Under the pieces are notes generated by a model, which was given only the letters and a program-made list of their open reading frames with translations, had not been told where the DNA came from and made no database searches. From positions 1,120,001 to 1,184,000 of the forward strand of contig CAVZDU010000001.1 of NCBI GenBank assembly GCA_963774265.1: a DNA stretch of 64,000 bases, given 5' to 3'. Origin of the DNA: an uncultured Chloroflexia bacterium. Lineage in GTDB: Bacteria > Chloroflexota > Anaerolineae > CG2-30-64-16. Below are positions 43,477 to 54,407 of the stretch, piece after piece (within the stretch, counting starts at the first letter, position 1; each line of letters begins with the position of its first letter). A program made the translations under genes and the position numbers.

Positions 43477-44899
43477 GTGAACACCGTCGGGGGTCTATTT
43501 GCGGTTCGCGCCGAGGCCGTAGCCTATAGCTACGGTCCGGCCATGCAGCACTTGCATCCCATAGATCTGACTGTCCGTCCCGGCGAGTTTTGGCTGGTCG
43601 CTGGACCCTCCGGTTGCGGCAAGAGCACCCTGGCTCGCTGCCTGACCGGCCTGATTCCCCATCTGTATCGTGGTTGCATGGCCGGTCAGGTGACGGTCGG
43701 AGACATCTGCACAGACAGCGCGCCTTTATGGCAACTGGCCGAGGAGGCGGGCCTGGTGTTTCAGAACCCCGCTGCACAAATGCTGTGTGCGACCGTCGAA
43801 GATGAGCTTCTCTTCGGCCTTGAAACCCTGGGTCTGGATCGCCCCGAGATGGCTCGCCGCGTGGATGTCGCGCTCCGGCAGTTCGATTTGACAAGGTTGC
43901 GCGACCGCCCGCCTCAGATACTCTCCGGCGGTGAGCAGCAGAAACTGGCGCTGGCTGCGGTCATGGCTCGGCGACCGCCGCTGCTCGTCCTGGATGAGCC
44001 GTTATCCATGCTCGACAGCACGACCGCGCTTGAACTCGTGGCGCATTTGCAGACGTTGACGCAGGATGGGATTGCCGTGGTGGTGTGCGAGCACCGGGCG
44101 GAATATCTCAACTCAATCCCGGGGCTACGAGTACTGTCCCTGGCAGGGGATGGACACGCCTCAGATGCTGAGTCATTGCCTCCCGTCCCGTCTCGAATGA
44201 GTCCATTTGCGCTTCAGGTGCAGGATGTCAGCGTGCGTCTGGGCGGCCGGCCCGTGTTGAACAGGATCAGTTTTGCGGCGGCGAGCGGCGAAGTGATGGC
44301 GATCGTGGGTCGCAACGGGTCGGGCAAGACGACCTTGCTGCGCGCACTGGCAGGCTTGCAGACGCATGATGGCGGCGTGACTGTGATCGGGGAACGCCCG
44401 GACTTCGGGTTGGTCTATCAAAACGCTCAGCTTCAGCTTTTCAACGCATCGGTGCGCGATGAGGATCCTCTACCGGCTACCGAGGCCCGACATCGCATGG
44501 TACGACTGGCTCATGCCGGCCCTCGGGTTGAAGGCTTATGAGGAGACACCTCCCTTGCTGCTCAGTGAGGGCGAGAAGAAACGTGTGGCGCTGGCGACGG
44601 TGCTGATGCGCCGGCCGCGGCACGGGGTGCTGCTGGATGAGCCGTCTTTGGGCCAGGATGCGGCACACAAAGCCCTTCTGATGCGCCTGGCTCGCAGCCT
44701 GGCCGGTGCAGGTCAGCTTGTGGTGATGACCACACATGATCTGGCGCTGGCCGTACAAGCTGATCGGCTGATAGTGCTCCACGAAGGTCGGATCGTTGCC
44801 GATGGACCGGCGGCCTCGGTGCTGTCTGACAAACGGGTGTGGCAGGTCACCGGCCTGACTGTCCCTGCATGGGTGCGTGAGCCGGAGGGGCAGGCATGA
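43477..44899 (+). CDS. ECF transporter ATPase, fused A-A' (one frameshift near 44.46 kb)
   Basis: GPSGCGKST, VFQNPAAQ, LSGGEQQK; second domain GRNGSGKTT, LSEGEKKR, LLDEPSLGQD, TTHD. Confidence 0.88.
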
Positions 44900-45630
44900 G
44901 AGCTGGGATGACGCGGCGAGGCGTTTCTGATCGGCTGGCTGCATTGGCAGTGGACTCGCCGCTGCGGCGTGCTGATCCGCGCGTCAAGCTCGCGCTCAGC
45001 CTCGCACTGTCGCTGGCGATCATGATGCCAATGGAGAAGTTGCTTGTGCTCCTCGTCACGTATGGTGTCTTTTTGGCCTGGGCGAGGCTGCTGCAGGTGG
45101 CGGGACGGCTGCTTTGGCGGTTGAAATGGATTCTGTTGATCCTTTTCATCGTCGATTGGGTGCTTGTCTCGTTCGATCTGGCCGTGCTGGTCAGCCTGCG
45201 CATATTGTTGCTCAGCGCATCGTTCGCCCTTGTGTTTGCGACGACAACGCCTTCGGAGTTTCGTCTCGCTTTGGAGTGGTTGCGCTTACCTTATCGTTAC
45301 GCGTTCAGCGTGGGCGTGGCAGTGCAAAGTCTCGCTCTGATTGAGCAAGAGTGGCGGACCATCATCGAGGCCCAGCGGGCTCGGGGTGCATGGTCGCCGC
45401 CAAGTGGTTGGCGCAGGCTGGTTGAGAGCGTCCGCGATGCAGTCGCTTTGGCCGTGCCCGCGGTGGTCATGACAGTACACCGTGCATGGAGCATGACCGA
45501 GGCTGCCTACGCGCGCGGTTTCGACGCGCCGGGCCGCAAATCCTTTCGCCAGTTGCGCATGGGCTGGCTGGATTGGGCCTTACTTCTGGCTGCGGGTTTG
45601 CTCGCCGCAGTTCTGATCCTTTGGCGGTGA
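44896..45630 (+). CDS. ecfT: ECF transporter T component
   Basis: DPRVKL, TTTPSE, and both X-Arg-Gly coupling motifs (AQRARG, AYARGF). Confidence 0.88.
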   Translation: MRAGMTRRGVSDRLAALAVDSPLRRADPRVKLALSLALSLAIMMPMEKLLVLLVTYGVFLAWARLLQVAGRLLWRLKWILLILFIVDWVLVSFDLAVLVSLRILLLSASFALVFATTTPSEFRLALEWLRLPYRYAFSVGVAVQSLALIEQEWRTIIEAQRARGAWSPPSGWRRLVESVRDAVALAVPAVVMTVHRAWSMTEAAYARGFDAPGRKSFRQLRMGWLDWALLLAAGLLAAVLILWR

Positions 45631-45645
45631 TTTGAGGAGTCGCCC

Positions 45646-46152
45646 ATGTCGCAAAGAACTCGCATCATCATTGCAGTTGGCGTTATCGCGCTGATCGGTG
45701 TAGTCATCCTGGGGCTGGAAGCCCTACGCGCGCGTCCTTCGTCGGGCGGCGCGGCCGGGTCAGAGCCCACTGTTGTTCCGGGCGCGTTATCAATTTACCT
45801 GGATGGAAAGCTAGTCGCCAGCTTCACACCGGCTGATCTGGAGAAACTAGCGAAGGTAAGCTTCACCGATGCGGCGGAGGAGAAGCTGCAGGATGGATGG
45901 CAGCTCGCAGACATCCTGCGGCTGCACGTTGCGGATTCGCTGCCGAACACCGCACAGATCACCGTGAGTTCATCCAGCCGGGAGAAATCAGTCCAGTTGT
46001 CCTGGGCCGAAGTGGCCGAACCGGCGAACAAGGTGATATTCGATCTGTCGAACCGTGGGACGCTCAAGCTTGTTTCCGTGCTGCCCAAGCTGGACGACAG
46101 GGACGAGTGGGTGCAGGATGCGGACCGCATCGATATCGTGATGAAGCCCTGA
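45646..46152 (+). CDS. Membrane-anchored extracytoplasmic protein with a probable degenerate Oxidored_molyb-like domain
   Basis: N-terminal TM; FTPADLEKL...GWQLADIL...ITVSS...LKLVS...WVQDADRIDI parallels the repeat units of 39634-41145. Confidence 0.55.
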   Translation: MSQRTRIIIAVGVIALIGVVILGLEALRARPSSGGAAGSEPTVVPGALSIYLDGKLVASFTPADLEKLAKVSFTDAAEEKLQDGWQLADILRLHVADSLPNTAQITVSSSSREKSVQLSWAEVAEPANKVIFDLSNRGTLKLVSVLPKLDDRDEWVQDADRIDIVMKP

Positions 46153-46697
46153 TGAAAGAACGCTACTTCACTACTTTTCAACTCATCTTGCTGGCGCTAT
46201 TCGCGGCGCTGGTTGTCGTGGCCAAGATCGCGCTGAAGACCCCAATCCAGTTGCCCGGCCACAGTGGTCTGTTCTGGATGGCGTTGATTATCATCGCAGG
46301 TGGGCTGGTGCCGCGGCTTGGTGCAACCAGCCTAGTTGGCCTGACCTCCGGCATCCTGGCCGCATTTCTTGGCATGGGTGATTTCGGCGCGCTCGAAACA
46401 CTGCTCTCCTACACAGCAGTCGGCGTTGGGACGGACCTCGCACTCCTACTCCTGCGCAATCTGGACAATCTTGCCGTGTGCGCGTTGGTCGGCGTGATTG
46501 GCCACCTGGGGAAGTTCATCGTGAAGTGGGCGTTGGGCGCACTGACGGGCGCACCCCTAGGGTTCGTTGCACTTGGACTGGCGTGGTCTTTCCTTAGTTA
46601 CATACTTTTTGGTGCGTTAGGCGGGCTGCTTGCGGGCCTCACGTTGAAGGCGTTACGTCGGGCGGGGTTCTTTACCTATCTGGCGGAGCGGCGCTAA
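46152..46697 (+). CDS. ECF transporter S component (substrate unknown)
   Basis: 181 aa, about 6 TM segments, AxxxA in helix 1 (ALFAA), PGHSG loop; coupled by TGATG overlap. Confidence 0.75.
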   Translation: MKERYFTTFQLILLALFAALVVVAKIALKTPIQLPGHSGLFWMALIIIAGGLVPRLGATSLVGLTSGILAAFLGMGDFGALETLLSYTAVGVGTDLALLLLRNLDNLAVCALVGVIGHLGKFIVKWALGALTGAPLGFVALGLAWSFLSYILFGALGGLLAGLTLKALRRAGFFTYLAERR

Positions 46698-46758
46698 AAG
46701 AGGCCGGACGATCGGTCGCCCGGCCTCTGTCCTGGTGTGTCGCGGGAGAACCCGGCCA

Positions 46759-48321
46759 TCAGGCCGGGTAGTCGAATGCCTGCTTCTCCTTGACCACTTC
46801 TTCCTTTTTGGGCTCCGGTTTTGCGCGGCCGTAGATGATTGTCCACTCGGCCAGCCGGTCCGCAAGTTGGATCGTGAGCATCTCGGGACGGTAGCGCCAA
46901 TGCCAGTTGCCGCTGGCGCGCGCCGGCATGTTCATGCGAGCCTCCGCGCCAAGGCTGAAGACATCTTGCAAGGTCGCCAAGGCCTGGTTTGCCACGCTGG
47001 ACCACGCACCCCAGATGAAGTCCCACGCGATTTCGTGCCCGTCCGTGCGGAAGTACCGGCGGATATTGTGCCGCTCGATCTCAGTTCGCTCGGCTTCGTG
47101 GAAGTAGCCCACTGTGGTGTTGTTGTCGTGCGTGCCCGGATAGACGACGTAGTTCTTATCGTATGTATGGGGCATGTACTGCGGGTTAAACTCCATGCCG
47201 AACGCAAACTGGAGGATCTTCATTCCTGGCAGCCCGAATTCCGTGCGCAACGCATCCACATCGGGTGTGATAACGCCCAAGTCTTCCGCGATGAACGGCA
47301 GATCGCCGAGCGCCTGCTTTACCGCGACGAACAGATCGTGACCCGGCGCCTTAACCCACTTGCCCTTGACTGCAGTCTCCTCGCTTCCGGGGATTTCCCA
47401 TGCAGCGGCAAATCCTCGGAAGTGATCGATGCGCACGATGTCAACGAACTTGAACGTTTGCTGGATACGGTTGATCCACCACCTGAAGCCGTCTTGCTGC
47501 ATCCGAGGCCAGTTGTAGTGCGGGTTGCCCCAGCGCTGCCCGGTCGCCGAAAAGATATCCGGCGGCACCCCGGCGATCACGGTGGGATTGCCTTCTTCAT
47601 CCAGTTTGAACTGCTCGGGGTTGGCCCAAACATCCGCGGAATCCTCCGCGACAAAAATGGGCACGTCGCCGATGATCTGGATACCGTTCTCGCCGCAATG
47701 AACCTTGAGCGCCTCCCACTGCTCCCAGAAGAGCCCACTGCAGGAACTCGTGATACTCAACCTCGTCCGCCAACTCCTGGCCGCATCCGCGCCAGCGCGG
47801 ACGGTTCGCGCAGGCGGATATCGCGCGGCCAGTCGTGCCAGCTCCCACCGCCATAGTGGCCCTTTACCGCCATGAAGAGGGTGAAGTCGGGCAGCCAGCT
47901 TGCGCTCTGCTCGCGGAACCAGTCGAAGCCTGCGTGTTGCGCATCGGTTGCGTTCTCCTTGAAATGTTCGTACGCTTTGCGCAGGAGTGACTTGCTTGAA
48001 GGTAATGACCGAGCCGAAATCGACGCGGTGCGCGCGGGAAAATAGGGCATATCGTACAACGCATGATGCGGTAGCAGGCCTGAGTAGGCCAGGCCTTCCG
48101 GACTGATCAGGAGTGGATTGCCGGCAAATGCCGAAAAACACTGATACGGCGAGTCACCATAGCCGGTGGGGCCGAGCGGCAACACCTGCCAGAGTTGCTG
48201 CTTGGCCGCAGCCAGCCAATCGATGAAGTCGTAGGCGCCCTTGCCCAGGTCGCCGATGCCGAAGCGCGACGGGAAACGAGGTCGGATGGCAGAGAATGCC
48301 GCTGGATCGTTCGAATGGCAT
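46759..48321 (-). CDS. malQ: 4-alpha-glucanotransferase (GH77), frameshifted in the 5' half
   Basis: WQVLPLGPTGYGDSPY, GDVPIFVAEDSADVW, GVPPD.FS.TGQRWGNP, RIDHFRGF, IAEDLG, GTHDN. Confidence 0.92.
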
Positions 48322-48366
48322 ATCACCTCCTAAGATGCTAACGGATTGACAGATCGACACCCGGTA

Positions 48367-50028
48367 TCAGTCAGTTCGCGCAACCGCCGCCTTCTTGGGG
48401 GTGCGCCAGAACACCAGGTCGCCGCCCATCATCTGGCGGAACTGCGCTTCAAACGTCGGCACGATCATCAGGAAGAGTGAACTCGGGGCCAACAGCGGCC
48501 AGGTGAGCAACTCAGCAAGCAGAAGACGTGGGCGCCAACCCGGACTGGAGTGTCGGCTGGTCAGATGCTCGCGCAGCCAAGCCAGCAGCGTACCGATCAC
48601 GCTGATGGCGTTGCCCGACTGCAACAAGATCGTGTATAGACCCGGAATCGGCGCGGCCACCGCCAGCAAGCCGTGTTGCAGAACCATCACGACAGAGCCG
48701 ATGCCCAGCAGCAACCCGGCCACCGAAAAGATGATGTGATCGTGCACTACTTTGAGAAGATAGACCGTTTTCGGCCAAAGCGGTACATCAGGCCACCGGT
48801 TCCATTGTTGGACTACGTAGGCAATGTCGGACGAGCCCCAGGCGTGACGCAGCCGCTGATTGTAGAAGTTCTTGAAGGCCTCCCAGACCGTCTCCCCGGT
48901 CACCGAGTCGCCGCTGACGGGCAGGAACACCGGCTCCAAGGTAACTCGGCCGCCCGTGCCAAACAGGCCCCGCAGGAAGATATGCCAGTCATCGGCGATA
49001 ACCATTTCGTCCCAGTAGCCGATGTCGTCGGCCAGCCTGAGGCTGAGCGTGTACGTGCTTAATGGTAGATTTGCCGCCAGCGGATTCGCCAGCTCCGATA
49101 CTTGTACGAGGTTGTTCAAGAAACCCAGCAATCGAATGGGCGTGGGCGCGGCCCAGATGTTGGTATTGAAGCGGAACGGCGCCTGCCAGATGCGCTCGTG
49201 GCGCCGAGCATCTGCGGCAAACTGCCGGGTTATCTCGGCAAAGTACCCGGGGTGGATCAACGAATCGGCGTCGCACGAGGTCACCGTGAGCGAGTCCAGC
49301 GACATACCCATCTGACCGACCAGAATCTCCTTCGCTCGCCTCGCGGCCCATGTCTGGTTGGAACCTTTGCCGGGCACTTCGCCGAACAGGTGAGCCGGAT
49401 GCACCGTCACCAACACGCGGGCGAAACAGCTCCCGAATTGTGCAACAAGTTGCTCGCCCTTCTTTTGCGCGCCAGGCTCTGTGTCCTCCATGGCCAGCAC
49501 GACGGTGAGCGTGTCGCGGGCATTGGGCTGCTCTGCCAGGCGCTCTAGTGTGCGCGCAACCACGGCCTCCGGTTCTTTGAAGTTGGCCACGATGACGATA
49601 TGGTGAACCGGTGCGGTCAGCCCCTTGGGGATAGCCAGGGCTTCCTCGCTCGACATCGGAGATTTCTGCTGCAAACGGTGGATGCGCCACTGCCCTACGG
49701 GATAGAACAAGACGATCATCAGGAAACGCAGGAGCAGGTAGAAGCCGAGGGCCTGCACGACCCAAAAGACATTGTCCGGGTCGTAGACGCTGACAGTGGC
49801 GAACGCCAAGAAGGCCGCCAGCACGAGGCTGCCGGCGATTTTGTAGGTCCAGTGATGGGGGTCGGTGATGACGTCGAGCTTCTGAAGACGCTCGCTGGCC
49901 CGTGCAGGTGAATCAGCGGGTAAATCGCCCGTCAGGGCATCGCGTCCCGTGCCTGCACGGTCACGCCCTTCCGGCGTCGTTGTTCGAGAGTCGACTCGCA
50001 CCGGGCTCTCCCATTCCAATCGGGCCAT
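48367..50028 (-). CDS. Membrane-bound GT2-family glycosyltransferase (start approximate)
   Basis: GKGSN, SCDADS (DxD), IADDWH, QRLRHAWG (QxxRW-like); flanking TM segments. Confidence 0.78.
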   Translation of the reverse strand: MARLEWESPVRVDSRTTTPEGRDRAGTGRDALTGDLPADSPARASERLQKLDVITDPHHWTYKIAGSLVLAAFLAFATVSVYDPDNVFWVVQALGFYLLLRFLMIVLFYPVGQWRIHRLQQKSPMSSEEALAIPKGLTAPVHHIVIVANFKEPEAVVARTLERLAEQPNARDTLTVVLAMEDTEPGAQKKGEQLVAQFGSCFARVLVTVHPAHLFGEVPGKGSNQTWAARRAKEILVGQMGMSLDSLTVTSCDADSLIHPGYFAEITRQFAADARRHERIWQAPFRFNTNIWAAPTPIRLLGFLNNLVQVSELANPLAANLPLSTYTLSLRLADDIGYWDEMVIADDWHIFLRGLFGTGGRVTLEPVFLPVSGDSVTGETVWEAFKNFYNQRLRHAWGSSDIAYVVQQWNRWPDVPLWPKTVYLLKVVHDHIIFSVAGLLLGIGSVVMVLQHGLLAVAAPIPGLYTILLQSGNAISVIGTLLAWLREHLTSRHSSPGWRPRLLLAELLTWPLLAPSSLFLMIVPTFEAQFRQMMGGDLVFWRTPKKAAVARTD

Positions 50029-50221
50029 ATATTGCTCAAAGCGATGAATCGCGCCCGAACCGTGAAGGGTCACGCGCATGAATAGTATAGTTCAGGCAGG
50101 CAGAGCGACCAAAAGGGGAGGATCGGCACAAACGCGGGTGGGCTGGTGAGCGCAACAGAGTGTGGAGGCAAAATGCCGTAGCGCAAGCAGACGCTCGCGC
50201 TACGGCAGGCAATGAGATGCT

Positions 50222-51545
<1,324 letters not shown>

Positions 51546-51557
51546 GGTTCTCTCCTC

Positions 51558-52079
51558 CTAATGGTCGTGCCCGACGCCCTCATGGCAGGTCAGACAGTCG
51601 GTGGGATCTTCGGTGTCGGCGTGGTTCATGGCCTGCGTCAGGTCGCCATGACAGTACAGGCACGCATGCTGCGTTACTTCACGGTTCAGCTCGGTGATGC
51701 GAATCGGCTCGGGGAAGTTGCCGGTGGTGAACGCATAGCTGTGCCGGAAGCCGTTGACGCCCTTGACGGCGTACTTGGGCACGATGTTGTCGTGTGGGGC
51801 GTGGCAGTCGTTGCAGACGGTGACGGCATGGTGGGTGCCGTGGTTCCAGCCGTCAAACTGCTCGCGCATGATGTGGCAGTTGACGCAGGTCTTCGGATCG
51901 TTGGACAGGTAGGCCAGGCCCTGGGCATAGGACAACGTGAAACCGCCCAGGCCCACGGCGCCGCCAAACAGCCCGGCCAGCGCCATCCAAATCCAGAGAG
52001 GAGTGGCGCCGAAGAACTGTGCGACACGGCCTTTCGGCTTTACTTCAGGGGGGGCATTCTGGGCAGCATCCTGCCGCAT
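51558..52079 (-). CDS. nrfH: Tetraheme cytochrome c quinol dehydrogenase NrfH
   Basis: N-terminal TM; CVNCHIM, CNDCH, CLYCH and CLTCH..VGH. Confidence 0.92.
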   Translation of the reverse strand: MRQDAAQNAPPEVKPKGRVAQFFGATPLWIWMALAGLFGGAVGLGGFTLSYAQGLAYLSNDPKTCVNCHIMREQFDGWNHGTHHAVTVCNDCHAPHDNIVPKYAVKGVNGFRHSYAFTTGNFPEPIRITELNREVTQHACLYCHGDLTQAMNHADTEDPTDCLTCHEGVGHDH

Positions 52080-52211
52080 ACACGACCTCCTTGGGTGGGA
52101 AAGTGAGGCCAGATTCGCCTACGCGAGCCGATTGTCATCTGTGGCGATGTGACTCCAAGTATAGCGCAGGAAGACACAAATGGCCAACGTCATCTGAGCC
52201 GGGATGGCGCA

Positions 52212-53012
52212 TTACTCGTTGATTGACACCATTACCAGCTCGAGGGGAAGCTTCTTACCGCTGGCCTTAAGCGCCTGCTGCGCGACGAAGACCAATCCTC
52301 GACAGCACGGCACCTCCATGTAGGCAACCTTCAGGCTGCGGATGTCGTTATTCGCCAGGATCTGCGTCAGTTTGCCGATATAGGCCTGCGCATCATCCAA
52401 CTTCGGACACCCCACCGCGATCGCACAGTCACGCATGAAGTCGGCGTGCATGTTCGGGTTGGCGAAAGGCACACAGTCGGCGATCAGCGTGAGATCAGCC
52501 TGTTGCAGGAAGGGGGCGTTGATCGGCATCAGGGTAAGTTGCACGGGCCACTGGCGCAGCTCAGATTTGACGCGCGCTTCGTCGCCACTCGCACGACTGG
52601 CGTGCGCTTCTCCTGCGGCCGGCTCGTCCCAGGCGGTCACCTGCATTGATGGACACATCGCAACGGGGGCGCGCTGCGGTTGTGCGGCCGGCGAGACACA
52701 GGAGGAGGTCATCCCGTGCGCTCGCAGATGTTCCAGATGGCGCTGCACCAGGTCGGGGGACTTCTGTTCGAGATAAGTGAGCACGCCGCCTTCGTCGTAA
52801 GAATCCACTTCGAGCTGCGTCACGGTGAGCGCGCCCTGCGGACAATCGCCCAGGCAAGCACCCAGGCCGTCGCAATAGCTTTCCTTTACCAGTCGGGCCT
52901 TGCCGTCGATGACCTGGAGTGCCCCTTCGACACACGCAGGCACACAGTTGCCGCACCCGTCACACTTCTCTTCGTCGATGGTGATGATGTTTCGTACGGT
53001 CTTCATCTTCAT
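52212..53012 (-). CDS. 4Fe-4S ferredoxin-domain protein of the type often found beside hcp
   Basis: CDGCGNCVPAC, CDGLGACLGDCP, SELRQWPVQL, ADC, GCPKLD, MEVPCC. Confidence 0.8.
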   Translation of the reverse strand: MKMKTVRNIITIDEEKCDGCGNCVPACVEGALQVIDGKARLVKESYCDGLGACLGDCPQGALTVTQLEVDSYDEGGVLTYLEQKSPDLVQRHLEHLRAHGMTSSCVSPAAQPQRAPVAMCPSMQVTAWDEPAAGEAHASRASGDEARVKSELRQWPVQLTLMPINAPFLQQADLTLIADCVPFANPNMHADFMRDCAIAVGCPKLDDAQAYIGKLTQILANNDIRSLKVAYMEVPCCRGLVFVAQQALKASGKKLPLELVMVSINE

Positions 53013-53248
53013 CCCGCCTTCGTTTTGGCGATTACGTCGGCGCCAACGCATTGTTCAGCGTAGCGACACCACTGGATGCAGGATTGAAGGTTGTTGTAGA
53101 CCACGAAACCGCACTTATCGCACGCGATCTTTTTGTCGATGGAGAATAGCTCTACATCGGACCCGCATTGGGGGCAGGTCTTGATGGTCAGGGTGATATC
53201 CCTTCGCAGGCTGCTCGAGCCGGGACAGAAGTGTTCAAGCATCGCCAT
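53009..53248 (-). CDS. Small Cys-rich (Zn-ribbon-like) protein
   Basis: AAGGAG RBS; CPG...CPQCG...CDKCG...CIQWCRYAEQC. Confidence 0.7.
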   Translation of the reverse strand: MAMLEHFCPGSSSLRRDITLTIKTCPQCGSDVELFSIDKKIACDKCGFVVYNNLQSCIQWCRYAEQCVGADVIAKTKAG

Positions 53249-53357
53249 ACTCTCCTTAGATACCGTCAGAACGATTGCTCGCCGGCTGAATTGCGGCGCG
53301 GTCGCCTGGCAAAATGTATCGCAATCAGATCGGACTATTGTGCACATGCGATTGTCA

Positions 53358-53371
53358 GGGACTTTTATCGC
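53358..53371. promoter_or_regulatory. Putative Crp/Fnr-family operator, copy 2
   Basis: GGGAC-TTTT-ATCGC, 13/14 identical to 53696-53709. Confidence 0.5.
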
Positions 53372-53397
53372 ACATGCCCGTTTCCGCGGTCGTGCCG

Positions 53398-53628
53398 TCA
53401 ATCGTTCAAGTGGGTTGGTGCGCGGAGCACCACCGCGTACGGAAGGTCGATCGCGCCTACGGGGCACGCTGGCTCGCACAGGCCGTCATACTCGCACAGT
53501 TCAGGCCGCGCAACGATTGCCTTACCTGCCTGAAGGGCCAGCGCACCGGCTTTGCACGCGGTCAGGCAATCCCCACAGCCGGTGCAGGCGGCGATGTCGA
53601 TTTCGGGTAACACGGCATTGATTGACAT
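53398..53628 (-). CDS. Dicluster ferredoxin
   Basis: CTGCGDCLTAC and CEYDGLCEPACP; AGGAG RBS. Confidence 0.82.
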   Translation of the reverse strand: MSINAVLPEIDIAACTGCGDCLTACKAGALALQAGKAIVARPELCEYDGLCEPACPVGAIDLPYAVVLRAPTHLND

Positions 53629-53695
53629 AAAATATCTCCTGACGCGCAACGCTCCGCTGCCATTCTTATGATAGCAGCGGAGCGGTCTTTTGTAT

Positions 53696-53709
53696 GGGAC
53701 TTTTGTCGC
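53696..53709. promoter_or_regulatory. Putative Crp/Fnr-family operator, copy 1
   Basis: GGGAC-TTTT-GTCGC quasi-palindrome centred at -41.5 relative to a minus-strand TATCAT -10 box (53668-53673). Confidence 0.55.
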
Positions 53710-53711
53710 TT

Positions 53712-54407
53712 TTACATACCGTCGCTTACCGCAGTCAGGGCTTCTCGATTCAGAATGACGATGCGATGGCGGTCAAAGTCGATCAAACCCTCATCGGCCA
53801 GCTCGCGCAGCGCGCGGCCGATCATCTCACGGACAGTACCGAGCCGCGCAGCCATCTCGGCCTGCGTGACCATCTGGCTGCGGTCGAGCTCGCCAGCCTT
53901 GGTGGCGCGCTCGGCCTCATTCAGCAGCAGCCTGGCCAGGCGCGACTTCACTGATCGCAGCGACAGATCCTCCACCATGGCGACAAGGTGTCGCGCTCGT
54001 CGTGCGATACTCTCGATTAGCGCCCAGGCCAAGAGTGGATGCGCCTGGGTCAAGCGCTGCATCTCGCTGCGCGTGATCACCCACAACGATGCATCGGTGA
54101 TCGCCGCGGCGCTGGCCGGATTTGGCCCTCCGTCGAGCACCGCTACATCGTTGAATGTGTCCCCCGGTCCCACGCGATGAAGGATTTGCTCCCGGCCCTG
54201 CGGTGACAGCTTGAAGATCTTCACCTCGCCGGTCCCGACGACGTACAGACCCGCGCATGCCTCCCCTTCCAGAAAAATCACCTGTCCACGGCTGAACCGG
54301 CGCTCTACGCACGCGGCCGCCAGCGCCGCCAGCACAGGCTCGGGCAGGCCAGCGAAGTACGGCACGCGGCGCAAGAAGGCGGGCTCGGGGAATGCTAGCT
54401 GGCTCAT
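53712..54407 (-). CDS. Crp/Fnr family transcriptional regulator (HcpR/Dnr-like, no FNR Cys cluster)
   Basis: IFLEGE...GEVKI...GREQIL; HTH TQAEMAARLGTVREMIGRAL. Confidence 0.9.
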   Translation of the reverse strand: MSQLAFPEPAFLRRVPYFAGLPEPVLAALAAACVERRFSRGQVIFLEGEACAGLYVVGTGEVKIFKLSPQGREQILHRVGPGDTFNDVAVLDGGPNPASAAAITDASLWVITRSEMQRLTQAHPLLAWALIESIARRARHLVAMVEDLSLRSVKSRLARLLLNEAERATKAGELDRSQMVTQAEMAARLGTVREMIGRALRELADEGLIDFDRHRIVILNREALTAVSDGM

